From Escherichia phage BEU50, in the sequence record OM632671.1: a stretch of DNA of 64,000 nt. One strand, 5' to 3'. The notes under the pieces are model-generated. The model was given only the letters and a program-made list of their open reading frames with translations. It searched no databases and was not told where the DNA came from. The translations under genes were made by a program, and so were the position numbers. This document shows, one piece after another, positions 19,787-29,218 of this stretch. Positions within the stretch are counted from its first letter, which is position 1; each line of letters opens with the position of its first letter.

Positions 19787-20102
19787 TATTAAACCGGTTG
19801 ATGAGGCCGGTTTATCTGAACAAGAATTAGCAGTAAAACACGATAAAGATGATATCGCTAAATTGCTTGACCGACAAGAAAACGGATTCATTATCGAATC
19901 CATGGTTGAACAATTTGGTATGTCTTATTTAGAAGCAACAACTGCTTTCTTGGAAGAAAATTCTATTCCAGAAACACAATTTGCTAAATTTATTCCTACA
20001 GGAATTGTTGAAAAAATTACAAGCGAAGCAATTGACGAAAACATGCTTCGCCCATCAGTTGCTCGTGGTGAAAAAACTAATACGTTAGATTTCTTATTAT
20101 GA
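19764..20102 (+). CDS. 33: Late transcription co-activator gp33
   Basis: 112 aa, MTQFSLSDIKPVDE... matches T4 gp33. Confidence 0.85.
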   Translation: MTQFSLSDIKPVDEAGLSEQELAVKHDKDDIAKLLDRQENGFIIESMVEQFGMSYLEATTAFLEENSIPETQFAKFIPTGIVEKITSEAIDENMLRPSVARGEKTNTLDFLL

Positions 20103-20752
20103 TTAAAATACGCATGCCTCCTGATGGAGAACGTTATATTAACGGAAAATCGGTATACAAACTATACTTGATGTGCAAACAACATTTTAATGGTCGGTAT
20201 GACGTAATCAAATATAACTGGTGCATGCGTGTTTCGGATAATGCGTATCAAAAACGCCGAGATAAATATTTCTTTGAAAAACTAGCAGAGAAATATAAAT
20301 TGAAGGAACTCACCTTGATATTCATAAGCAACTTAGTTGCTAACCAAGACGCATGGATTGGTGAGATATCAGACGCTGATGCATTAGTTTTCTATAGGGA
20401 ATATATTGGACGTCTCAAACAAGCTAAAGAGACGTTTGCTGAAGACGTACGTAACATCTACTATTTCAGTAAGAAAGTTGAAGTTAGTGCGCTTCAAGAG
20501 ATATTTGATTATAATAACAACGTTCAGTCGAGCTACATATTTAAATTGCTACAAAGCAATATAATTTCGTTTGAAACTTTCTTATTGTTGGACTCGTTTT
20601 TGAATATTATAGATAAGCACGACGAACTCACCGATAACTTAGTCTGGCAAAATTATTCTACCAAATTAAAGGCATATCGAAAAATACTTCAAATCGATGG
20701 AAATGCTGCTAAGAAATTGTTCATAGAAACAATCAAATCATGTAAGTATTAA
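20099..20752 (+). CDS. 59: gp59 helicase loader
   Basis: 217 aa, near-collinear match to T4 gp59. Confidence 0.9.
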   Translation: MIKIRMPPDGERYINGKSVYKLYLMCKQHFNGRYDVIKYNWCMRVSDNAYQKRRDKYFFEKLAEKYKLKELTLIFISNLVANQDAWIGEISDADALVFYREYIGRLKQAKETFAEDVRNIYYFSKKVEVSALQEIFDYNNNVQSSYIFKLLQSNIISFETFLLLDSFLNIIDKHDELTDNLVWQNYSTKLKAYRKILQIDGNAAKKLFIETIKSCKY

Positions 20753-20781
20753 GCTTTATTTCTTGTGTGTTAAAATTACTT

Positions 20782-20868
20782 TATAAATAAATCATACCAG
20801 CTACGAGGTATAAGTGTCGTAGCAACCAACTGTAAATAAATTAAATAATCTAAATAAAGGTAAATATA
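20782..20868 (+). promoter_or_regulatory. Gene 32 leader: late promoter TATAAATA, hairpin/pseudoknot-like element and AU-rich translational operator
   Basis: TATAAATA 20782-20789; GCTACG...CGTAGC stem 20800-20822; AU-rich tract TAAATAAATTAAATAATCTAAATAAA before ATG, as in the T4 gene 32 autoregulatory leader. Confidence 0.5.
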
Positions 20869-21771
20869 ATGTTTAAACGTAAATCTACTGCTGACCTCGC
20901 TGCTCAAATGGCTAAACTGAACGGTAACAAAGGTTTCTCTTCAGAAGATAAAGGCGAATGGAAGCTGAAGCTAGATGCATCAGGTAATGGTCAAGCGGTA
21001 ATTCGTTTCTTGCCAGCAAAAACTGATGATGCACTACCATTTGCAATTCTTGTTAACCACGGTTTCAAGAAAAATGGTAAATGGTATATTGAAAATTGCT
21101 CTTCTACACACGGCGATTATGACTCTTGTCCTGTATGTCAGTACATTAGTAAAAATGACCTGTACAATACCAACAAAACTGAATATTCTCAACTGAAACG
21201 TAAAACTTCTTATTGGGCTAATATTCTGGTTGTTAAAGACCCACAAGCTCCAGATAATGAAGGTAAAGTATTCAAATATCGTTTCGGTAAAAAGATTTGG
21301 GACAAAATCAATGCAATGATTGCAGTCGATACTGAAATGGGTGAAACTCCTGTTGATGTAACTTGCCCATGGGAAGGTGCTAACTTTGTGCTGAAAGTTA
21401 AACAGGTTTCTGGTTTCAGTAACTACGATGAATCTAAATTCCTGAATCAATCTGCGATTCCAAACATTGATGATGAATCTTTCCAGAAAGAATTGTTCGA
21501 ACAAATGGTTGACCTTTCTGAAATGACTTCTAAAGATAAGTTCAAATCGTTTGAAGAATTGAATACTAAATTTAATCAAGTTCTTGGTACTGCCGCTCTT
21601 GGTGGTGCAGCAGCCGCAGCAGCTTCTGTTGCAGATAAAGTTGCTTCTGACCTTGATGATTTTGATAAAGACATGGAAGCCTTTAGTTCTGCAAAAACTG
21701 AAGATGACTTCATGAGCTCTACCTCATCCTCTGATGATGGCGACCTCGATGACCTGTTAGCTGGTCTATAA
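20869..21771 (+). CDS. 32: ssDNA-binding protein gp32
   Basis: 300 aa, [23 protein letters not shown]..., acidic C-terminus; T4 gp32 301 aa. Confidence 0.9.
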   Translation: MFKRKSTADLAAQMAKLNGNKGFSSEDKGEWKLKLDASGNGQAVIRFLPAKTDDALPFAILVNHGFKKNGKWYIENCSSTHGDYDSCPVCQYISKNDLYNTNKTEYSQLKRKTSYWANILVVKDPQAPDNEGKVFKYRFGKKIWDKINAMIAVDTEMGETPVDVTCPWEGANFVLKVKQVSGFSNYDESKFLNQSAIPNIDDESFQKELFEQMVDLSEMTSKDKFKSFEELNTKFNQVLGTAALGGAAAAAASVADKVASDLDDFDKDMEAFSSAKTEDDFMSSTSSSDDGDLDDLLAGL

Positions 21772-21777
21772 TAAATT

Positions 21778-21800
21778 GGGAGACTTCGGTCTCCCTTTTG
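21778..21800 (+). terminator. Intrinsic terminator (GGGAGAC-TTCG-GTCTCCC plus T-run)
   Basis: Perfect stem-loop with UUCG loop then TTTT after gene 32. Confidence 0.6.
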
Positions 21801-21826
21801 AGTATCTGTAAATTGCCGAAAAAGTT

Positions 21827-21858
21827 GTTTACTTCTTCCCTGGATGTGTTACTATAGA
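21827..21858 (+). promoter_or_regulatory. Early promoter cassette (GTTTAC, TGtgTTACTAT)
   Basis: GTTTAC 21827-21832; -10 TACTAT 21850-21855; downstream leader identical to 2510-2545. Confidence 0.55.
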
Positions 21859-21884
21859 CCTATCAACAACATGAGGAAATCAAA

Positions 21885-22277
21885 ATGGAAATCGGAAAAT
21901 CTTATATCATTAACCCTTTATTTAAAGATGACTTTGTTCAAGAAGCACCACACAATAACGCTAAGATGTTAAAATTGATTGAGCTCCACGGGCCCAGTTT
22001 TGTTGTAAACGGAATGGAACCTGATTATGATAGCGATACGCCAAACGTAGTAAGTGTAACTATGGAAGATGGTACTGTATGTTCTGCCGGTGGTGAAATT
22101 GAAACTTATTTTGAGATTTATCCTGACGAGTTCAAATACTTTACTGAGGTAGATTTAGTAAAGTCTCAAACTACTAACGAAGGTATAGCTTTAGGTGTAA
22201 CAAAAATCCATTGTATCGTAGATGAAACCAACGTCGACGAAATCATCAATCTTTTGCAAAAAACTTTTAAAAAGTAG
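21885..22277 (+). CDS. Hypothetical protein (frd.3 position)
   Basis: 130-aa ORF between gene 32 and frd. Confidence 0.5.
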   Translation: MEIGKSYIINPLFKDDFVQEAPHNNAKMLKLIELHGPSFVVNGMEPDYDSDTPNVVSVTMEDGTVCSAGGEIETYFEIYPDEFKYFTEVDLVKSQTTNEGIALGVTKIHCIVDETNVDEIINLLQKTFKK

Positions 22278-22314
22278 TGTACAATCAGATAGGGTTATGT
22301 TATAGTAGCCCTAT
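22277..22314 (+). promoter_or_regulatory. Early promoter cassette with inverted repeat (GTGTAC, TGtTATAGT)
   Basis: -10 TATAGT 22301-22306 between GATAGGGTTA and TAGCCCTATC arms. Confidence 0.5.
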
Positions 22315-22338
22315 CAAATAAAAGTGAAGGAGAATAAA

Positions 22339-22581
22339 ATGAGATTGCAACGCCAGAGTATCAAAGATTCTGAAGTTAGAGGTAAATGGTACTTCAACAT
22401 CGTTGGTAAAGATGTTGAACTCCTTGAACAAGCCGAAGAAGCTTTACGTGAAATGGGTTGGAACGAAGAATGTGATGGATGTCCACTCTACGAAGATGGT
22501 ATATCATCCGGATTCTGGATTTATCACTCGGATGTCGACCAATTTAAAGCTGATTGGAAAATTGTGAAAAAGTCTGTTTGA
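22339..22581 (+). CDS. Hypothetical protein
   Basis: 80-aa ORF from ATG 22339 with GGAGAATAAAATG context. Confidence 0.45.
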   Translation: MRLQRQSIKDSEVRGKWYFNIVGKDVELLEQAEEALREMGWNEECDGCPLYEDGISSGFWIYHSDVDQFKADWKIVKKSV

Positions 22582-22590
22582 GAAAATACA

Positions 22591-22842
22591 ATGAAAACAC
22601 TAAATTTACTTAAGGTTGGGGAAGACATAGATATTGCTGATATCTACAAAAATCTAACTTATTATGATAATTTATTTGTCGTTCAAACCTTAAATGGCGA
22701 TTATTATACGGTTTCTTTAGTGCGAAATAAATTTAAAAACAAATTTTACTTTTGTATTTATAATTATCATGGCCAACGCTCTAGCAATTATATTGAACCG
22801 TCTGACATATTTTATATTGAGGAATTAAAATGCTTAAATTAG
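22591..22842 (+). CDS. Hypothetical protein
   Basis: 83-aa ORF preceding frd. Confidence 0.45.
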   Translation: MKTLNLLKVGEDIDIADIYKNLTYYDNLFVVQTLNGDYYTVSLVRNKFKNKFYFCIYNYHGQRSSNYIEPSDIFYIEELKCLN

Positions 22843-23417
22843 TATTCGCATGTGCCCCATCTAAAACAGTTGATGATAAACTGGAATATGCTTTTGGATT
22901 AGGTGATGGACTTCCATGGAAGCATATCAAACAAGATATGAGTAACTTTGTTGCTCGCACTAAAAACACTGTAATGGTTATGGGTGCTAAGACTTTTGCA
23001 TCATTACCTCGTCTACTCCCAGATCGTACTCATGTGGTTGTCACTGATATGGCCAGAAAACTGCCTAGGACTAAAACCAACGAACTTGCACGGTTCTATA
23101 TCACCCAATCTGAATTTATTACCTTGGTAACAGGTGGTGAAATTAACCTGTTTAGCCCTGCAACTGACGTACCGTTTAAACTTTCTACTGAACATGTTGA
23201 TGTATCTGTTATTGGCGGCCCAGCTCTGTTGAAACAAGCACTGCCTTATGCCGATGAAATCGTGATGACTAAAATCATTAAGAAATGTCGTGTTAATTCC
23301 GATGTTCAACTTGATAAAGATTTCGTCCAAGATATTATGCTTCAACGTTCTATGGTAGAATCTCATTACTACAGAATCGATGAACTCACCGAAATTACTG
23401 AGAGCGTGTATAAATGA
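22830..23417 (+). CDS. frd: Dihydrofolate reductase
   Basis: 195 aa, DHFR fold motifs; T4 frd 193 aa; synteny. Confidence 0.9.
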   Translation: MLKLVFACAPSKTVDDKLEYAFGLGDGLPWKHIKQDMSNFVARTKNTVMVMGAKTFASLPRLLPDRTHVVVTDMARKLPRTKTNELARFYITQSEFITLVTGGEINLFSPATDVPFKLSTEHVDVSVIGGPALLKQALPYADEIVMTKIIKKCRVNSDVQLDKDFVQDIMLQRSMVESHYYRIDELTEITESVYK

Positions 23418-23962
23418 AACATTATCAATACCTGATTAATGATATCCTAGAAAATGGCTACGAAACAGACGACCGTACAGGCACAGGAACAATTGCCCTG
23501 TTCGGAACTAAATTACGTTGGGACCTGACTAAAGGATTCCCTGCAGTAACAACTAAGAAATTAGCATGGAAAGCTTGTATTGCCGAACTACTGTGGTTCA
23601 TGTCTGGTTCTACCAATGTTAATGATTTGCGTATTCGTACTCATGGTAGTCTTATTCAAGGTAAAACTATTTGGGACGACAACTATGAAAATCAGGCAAA
23701 AGACCTTGGATATCATAGCGGCGAACTTGGTCCTATTTATGGTAAGCAATGGCGTGATTTTGGTGGTGTAGACCAATTGGTCAAAACTATCGACCGTATT
23801 AAAGCTCTTCCTAATGATCGTCGTCAAATAGTTTCTGCATGGAACCCAGCCGAAATTGACCAAATGGCTCTTCCTCCTTGCCATATGTTCTATCAGTTCA
23901 ATGTGCGTAATGGTCATCTTGATTTACAATGGTATCAACGCAGTGTAGATGTTTTCTTAGGT
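23414..23962 (+). CDS. td: Thymidylate synthase, exon 1
   Basis: 183 codons ending ...VDVFLG; intron follows, beginning TAATTTAGGCC as in T4 td. Confidence 0.85.
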
Positions 23963-24978
23963 TAATTTAGGCCTAGGTATAAGGTGACTTATACTTGTAA
24001 TCTATCTAAACGGGGGACCTCTCTAGTAGACAATCCCGTGCTAAATTGTAGGACTACCCTTTAATAAATACTTCTATATAAAAAGAGGTGTTTATGAAAA
24101 GCGGAATTTATCAGATTAAAAACACTTTAAACGGTAAAGTGTATGTTGGAAGTGCTAAAGATTTTGAGAAAAGATGGAAGAGACATTTTAAAGACCTTGA
24201 AAACGGTGTTCACTCTTCTATAAAATTTCAAAGGTCTTTTAATAAACATGGTAATGTTTTTGAATGCTCTGTACTGGAAGAAATTCCATATGAGAAAGAT
24301 TTGATTATTGAACGAGAAAATTTTTGGATTAAAGAGCTAAATTCTAAAATTAATGGATATAATATTGCTGATGCGTCTTTTGGCGATGTGCTTTCAAATC
24401 ATCCATTAAAAGAAGAAATTGCTAAGAAACGAGCTGAAACTGTTAAAGCTAAGATGCTTAAGCTTGGTCCTGATGGTCGGAAAGCTCTTTATGGTAAACA
24501 CGGAAGTAAAAATGGCCGATGGAATCCAGAAAACCACAAGTTTTGTAAATGCGGTGTTCGCATACCATCTTCGGCCGATACTTGTGGAAAGTGCCGAAAA
24601 CGTTCAGGTGAAAATAACCCGTTCTTTAATCACAAACATTCAGAAAAAACTAAAACTAAACTATCTGAAAAGATGAAAGGCAAAAAGCCAGCTAACATCA
24701 AAAAGATTTCATGCGATGGGATTATTTTTGAATGTGCAGCCGATGCGGCTAGACATTTTGAAATTTCATCAGGATTAGTTACTTACCGTGTAAAATCTGA
24801 TAAGTGGAATTGGTTCTACATAAATGCCTAACGACTATCCCTTTAGGGAGTAGGGTCAAGTGACTCGAAACGATAGACAACTTGCTTTAACAAGTTGGAG
24901 ATATAGTCTGCTCTGCATGGTGACATGCAGCTGGATATAATTCCGGGATAAGATTAACGACCTTATCTGAACATAATG
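23963..24978 (+). ncRNA. Group I self-splicing intron in td
   Basis: Sequence closely resembles the T4 td intron 5' and 3' ends (UAAUU.AGGCCU...UAUAAGGUGACUUAUACUUG ... ACAUAAUG); exon 1 plus exon 2 give a 286-aa protein, the T4 td length. Confidence 0.85.
24094..24831 (+). CDS. I-TevI: I-TevI-like GIY-YIG homing endonuclease (intron-encoded)
   Basis: 245 aa from ATG 24094; GIYQIKN...KVYVGS GIY-YIG motif, zinc finger CKCG...CGKC, C-terminal HTH; near-identical in architecture to T4 I-TevI. Confidence 0.85.
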   Translation: MKSGIYQIKNTLNGKVYVGSAKDFEKRWKRHFKDLENGVHSSIKFQRSFNKHGNVFECSVLEEIPYEKDLIIERENFWIKELNSKINGYNIADASFGDVLSNHPLKEEIAKKRAETVKAKMLKLGPDGRKALYGKHGSKNGRWNPENHKFCKCGVRIPSSADTCGKCRKRSGENNPFFNHKHSEKTKTKLSEKMKGKKPANIKKISCDGIIFECAADAARHFEISSGLVTYRVKSDKWNWFYINA

Positions 24979-25290
24979 CTGCCGTTCAACATTGCCTCGT
25001 ACGCTGCCTTGACGCATATTGTAGCGAAGATGTGTAATCTTATCCCGGGTGATTTAGTGTTCTCAGGCGGCAACACGCATATCTACAGCAATCATGTAGA
25101 ACAATGCAAAGAAGTTCTTCGTCGTGAACCTAAAGAGTTATGTTCTCTTGAAATTAATTGGCCTAGTAATTTTGAGAATTGGCCTACAAAAATCCAAATG
25201 GACTGGGTTACTGGAACGATGACACATTCTGATTTCGTTCTTAAAAATTACGAATCTCATCCAACTATCAAAGCTAAAATGGCGGTATAA
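24979..25290 (+). CDS. td: Thymidylate synthase, exon 2
   Basis: Begins LPFNIASYAALTHIVAKMCNLIPGD..., ends KMAV; continues td frame after intron. Confidence 0.85.
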   Translation: MPFNIASYAALTHIVAKMCNLIPGDLVFSGGNTHIYSNHVEQCKEVLRREPKELCSLEINWPSNFENWPTKIQMDWVTGTMTHSDFVLKNYESHPTIKAKMAV

Positions 25291-25545
25291 ATGATTTTAC
25301 GTTTTATTAATTCATATGGCACCACAATTTTTGAAATGAAAAATCCTACCGAACTAGATATCCCTTCACCAAATAGTGAAATCACAATTAAAGGTGAACG
25401 ATTCATTTGTTATTCACATGAACGAATTTATGAATATCGTGAATTTTGTGGTGGTTACGGTATGGAAAAAGAACCATTGGTTTATTTCAATATCACAGTC
25501 TTGACACCTAAAGAATACGAAGAAATTATTGCTGAGGATAATTAA
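25291..25545 (+). CDS. Hypothetical protein
   Basis: 84-aa ORF directly after td. Confidence 0.5.
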   Translation: MILRFINSYGTTIFEMKNPTELDIPSPNSEITIKGERFICYSHERIYEYREFCGGYGMEKEPLVYFNITVLTPKEYEEIIAEDN

Positions 25546-25574
25546 CGCTTCAGTTTAAAAGTGTATAATAAATT

Positions 25575-25597
25575 AACGGGATAAATACTATCCCGTT
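25575..25597 (+). other. Perfect 9-bp inverted repeat (AACGGGATA/TATCCCGTT) upstream of HNH gene
   Basis: Arms 25575-25583 and 25589-25597 with 5-nt spacer; TGTATAAT -10-like box at 25562-25569. Confidence 0.4.
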
Positions 25598-25620
25598 GAT
25601 ACTACAAAGTGGATTATACT

Positions 25621-26256
25621 ATGGATTATTTAAAAATATATAAAAACTTGGTAAATAAAGAAAGAAATTTTGAAGATATAGATGGTGAATGGCATCATAT
25701 AATCCCAAAATGTTTAGGTGGCACCAATGAGTCATACAATCTAGTTAAATTAACATATTCAGAACATTATTTGGCTCATCTTCTTTTATTAAAAATATAT
25801 CCGAACAATTTAGGTTTAGCAACCGCGGTTAATTTAATGAGTTCTAGAAATAATAAAGAATTTGGATGGACTAGAGCAAAAATGGTTGATTTGCTTAAAG
25901 GGCGAAAATTAGACCAAAAAACAAAAGATAAAATATCTCGTTCCAAACTAGGACATGTTAAATCTGAAGAGACTAAAGAAAAGATACGAAATTCTTTATT
26001 AGGTAAAAAACGTGGACAATACAATATAAAAATTAAATCAAAAATTTCTAAAGGAGTCCCATTAAAAGAATCAACTAAGCAAGCTATTTCTAATGCTATG
26101 ATAGGAGCTAAGAATCCATTTGCAAAGAAAGTAATTATAAACGACGTAATATATGATACATTAAATGAAGCGTCAATAATTTTATCTATGAGCACCCAAA
26201 CGGTTAGACGCCGTCTAAAATCATCAAATTATCCAACATGGAATTATTATGTATAA
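25621..26256 (+). CDS. Free-standing HNH homing endonuclease
   Basis: HNH motif EWHHIIPKCLGGTNESYNLVKLTYSEHYLAH; two NUMOD3-like repeats (KDKISRSKLGHVKSEETKEKIRNSLLGKK); C-terminal HTH-like tail. Confidence 0.7.
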   Translation: MDYLKIYKNLVNKERNFEDIDGEWHHIIPKCLGGTNESYNLVKLTYSEHYLAHLLLLKIYPNNLGLATAVNLMSSRNNKEFGWTRAKMVDLLKGRKLDQKTKDKISRSKLGHVKSEETKEKIRNSLLGKKRGQYNIKIKSKISKGVPLKESTKQAISNAMIGAKNPFAKKVIINDVIYDTLNEASIILSMSTQTVRRRLKSSNYPTWNYYV

Positions 26257-28513
26257 TTTTAAAGTAGTGAAAAATTCAGGTGTATCCCAAAATTTTGATG
26301 CACAGAAAATTATTCAAGTCTTAACTTGGCAATGTGAAGGAACACAAATTGACCCATATGAATTGTACGAAGAAATTAAGACCCATCTTGTCGATGGTAT
26401 GAGCACCAAAGATATTCAGAAGATTTGTATTAAAGTTGCAGCTAACTCGATTTCTGTCGAAGAACCTGATTATCAGTATGTCGCCGCCAAAGGGCTAATG
26501 TTTGCACTTCGTAAAGATGTATATGGGCAGTTTGAACCTCCTGCTTTTATCGACCATATCTCGTATTGTGTTAATGAAGGCAAATACGACCCTGAGTTGT
26601 TGTCTAGATATTCTGCAGAAGAAATCATTTATCTCGATTCACAGATTAAACATGAACGAGACTTTGACCTGACTTATGCTGGTGCTATGCAGCTTAAAGA
26701 AAAATATCTAGTTAAAGATAAAACAACTGGGAAGATTTATGAAACTCCACAGTTTGCTATCATGGCTATTGGCATGGCCTTACACCAAGACGAAACTCAT
26801 GACCGTTTGAAACATATTATTCGTTTTTATGATGCCGTTTCTACTCATCAAGTTTCATTGCCAACCCCAATTATGGCAGGTGCTCGTACTCCGACTCGCC
26901 AGTTCTCTAGTTGTGTAGTTATTGAAGCCGGTGATTCGTTAAAATCTATTAACAAAACTTCAGCATCAATTATTGAATATATTTCTAAACGAGCTGGTAT
27001 CGGTATCAACGTTGGTATGCTTCGTGCAGAAGGTTCTAAGATCGGTATGGGTGAAGTTCGACATACGGGTGTTATTCCATTCTGGAAACATTTCCAAACT
27101 GCAGTAAAATCTTGTTCTCAAGGTGGTATTCGTGGTGGTGCTGCTACAGCGTATTATCCGATGTGGCACTTAGAAGTAGAGAACCTATTAGTTCTGAAAA
27201 ATAACAAAGGCGTGGATGAAAACCGTATTCGACATATGGACTACGGAATTCAGATTAATGACCTCATGATGGAACGCCTTGGTAAAAATGATTATATTAC
27301 TTTATTTAGCCCTCACGAAATGTCAGGCGAACTATACTACTCGTTCTTTGAAGATCAAGATAAATTCCGTGAGCTTTATGAGAAAGCTGAAAAAGACCCA
27401 ACAATCAGAAAGAAAAGAATCAAAGCACTAGAACTCTTTGAATTGTTCATGACTGAACGTTCTGGCACCGCTCGAATTTATCCGCAATTCGTTGATAACA
27501 CGAACAACTACACTCCATTTATTCGTGAAAAAGCTCCAATTCGTCAGAGTAACTTATGTTGTGAAATCGCTATTCCAACTAATGATGTGAATGGTCCTGA
27601 TGCTGAAATTGGTTTATGCACATTATCTGCATTCGTGTTAGATAAATTTGATTGGCAAGACCAAGATAAAATTAATGAACTTGCTGAAGTACAAGTACGT
27701 GCACTTGATAACCTGTTAGACTATCAAGATTATCCGGTTCCAGAAGCTTTAAAAGCTAAAAAGCGTCGAAACCTCGGCGTTGGTGTTACGAACTATGCTG
27801 CATGGTTAGCTTCTAACTTCGCTTCATATGAAGACGCTAACGATTTGACTCATGAATTGTTTGAGAGATTGCAATATGGCCTTATCAAAGCATCAATCAA
27901 ACTCGCCAAAGAAAAAGGATGTTGCGAGTATTATTCAGACACTAAATGGTCTAGAGGCGAATTACCTATCGACTGGTACAATAAAAAGATTGACCAAATC
28001 GCAGCCCCGAACTACGTCTGTGACTGGGAAGAACTTCGAGCTGAACTCAAAGAACATGGAATTCGTAACTCAACGTTGTCTGCACTCATGCCTTGTGAGT
28101 CAAGCAGTCAAGTATCGAACTCTACAAACGGGATTGAGCCCCCACGCGGTCCAGTAAGTATTAAAGAATCTAAAGAAGGCAACTTCCGTCAGGTTGTTCC
28201 TAATATCGAACATAACATGAGTCTTTACGATTATGCGTGGAAACTTGCTAAGAAAGGTAATAAACCTTATTTGACCCAAGTTGCTATCATGTTGAAATGG
28301 GTGTGCCAATCTGCTTCTGCTAATACTTACTATGACCCTGCAGTATTTGAGAAAGGTAAAGTGCCAATGTCAGTAATGCTTGACGATCTACTTTACTTCT
28401 GGTACTTTGGCGGAAAAAACCTCTACTATCATAACACTCGTGATGGGTCTGGTACAGACGACTATGAATTAGAAACACCTAAAGCAGAAGATTGTTCTGC
28501 TTGTAAGCTTTAA
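26249..28513 (+). CDS. nrdA: Ribonucleotide reductase large subunit NrdA
   Basis: 754 aa, class Ia RNR alpha motifs (NLCCEIAIP, GxGxxN); T4 NrdA 754 aa. Confidence 0.9.
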   Translation: MYNFKVVKNSGVSQNFDAQKIIQVLTWQCEGTQIDPYELYEEIKTHLVDGMSTKDIQKICIKVAANSISVEEPDYQYVAAKGLMFALRKDVYGQFEPPAFIDHISYCVNEGKYDPELLSRYSAEEIIYLDSQIKHERDFDLTYAGAMQLKEKYLVKDKTTGKIYETPQFAIMAIGMALHQDETHDRLKHIIRFYDAVSTHQVSLPTPIMAGARTPTRQFSSCVVIEAGDSLKSINKTSASIIEYISKRAGIGINVGMLRAEGSKIGMGEVRHTGVIPFWKHFQTAVKSCSQGGIRGGAATAYYPMWHLEVENLLVLKNNKGVDENRIRHMDYGIQINDLMMERLGKNDYITLFSPHEMSGELYYSFFEDQDKFRELYEKAEKDPTIRKKRIKALELFELFMTERSGTARIYPQFVDNTNNYTPFIREKAPIRQSNLCCEIAIPTNDVNGPDAEIGLCTLSAFVLDKFDWQDQDKINELAEVQVRALDNLLDYQDYPVPEALKAKKRRNLGVGVTNYAAWLASNFASYEDANDLTHELFERLQYGLIKASIKLAKEKGCCEYYSDTKWSRGELPIDWYNKKIDQIAAPNYVCDWEELRAELKEHGIRNSTLSALMPCESSSQVSNSTNGIEPPRGPVSIKESKEGNFRQVVPNIEHNMSLYDYAWKLAKKGNKPYLTQVAIMLKWVCQSASANTYYDPAVFEKGKVPMSVMLDDLLYFWYFGGKNLYYHNTRDGSGTDDYELETPKAEDCSACKL

Positions 28514-28567
28514 GACTTTTTATTATAATTTACTCATGGATGAGTTAATAACTAAGTGAGAAATATA

Positions 28568-29218
28568 ATGAGTACAGTTTTTAACACACAACAAGTCGAT
28601 GTTTTGAATGAACCGATGTTCTTTGGTTCTGGTCTTGGCCTCGCACGGTATGATATTCAGCGTCATAAAGTTTTTGAAGAGCTTATCGAAAAGCAGCTCT
28701 CGTTCTTTTGGCGTCCCGAGGAAGTAAACTTGATGTTGGATTCGGCCCAGTTTAATAAGCTTCCACAGTTCCAACAGGACATCTTTACCAACAACCTTAA
28801 GTATCAATCATTATTAGATTCTATCCAAGGTAGAGCACCATCTGCGGTACTTATGTCATTGCTTTCAGACCCTTCATTAGATACATGGGTTGCTACATGG
28901 ACTTTCAGTGAAACTATTCACTCTCGTTCATATACTCATATTATGCGAAATCTTTATACAGATCCATCGAAGGTGTTTGATGAGATTGTATTAGATGAAG
29001 CTATTATGAAGCGTGCCGAATCTATCGGACGATATTATGATGATGTTCTGGTTAAAGCTCGTTATTGGGAAAACGCTAAAGAATTTGTAGAATTAGCTAA
29101 AGAATCTCCTGATGCCGACTTTCGTTTAAACCAAGCTATTAAACAAGAAGCCGAAGCTAAACGTGCTTTAATGAAATCTCTTTACCTCTGTTTGCACGTT
29201 ATTAATGCCTTAGAAGCT
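28568..29218 (+). pseudogene. nrdB: nrdB 5' fragment (ribonucleotide reductase small subunit, truncated after codon 217)
   Basis: MSTVFNTQQVD... through LYLCLHVINALEA matches class Ia R2 up to the conserved NALEA; expected continuation (IRFY...) absent; frame then runs through antisense gene 23 sequence. Confidence 0.75.

Noticed and set aside
21034-21579. 181-aa minus-strand ORF inside gene 32
   Set aside because: Antisense to a well-supported, highly conserved gene with no RBS or promoter context; typical spurious ORF in AT-rich DNA. The same applies to 23013-23366 (antisense frd), 25776-26195 (antisense HNH gene), 29843-30187 and 30341-30820 (antisense 22 and 21), 33268-33798 (antisense 19) and other short internal ORFs in the track.
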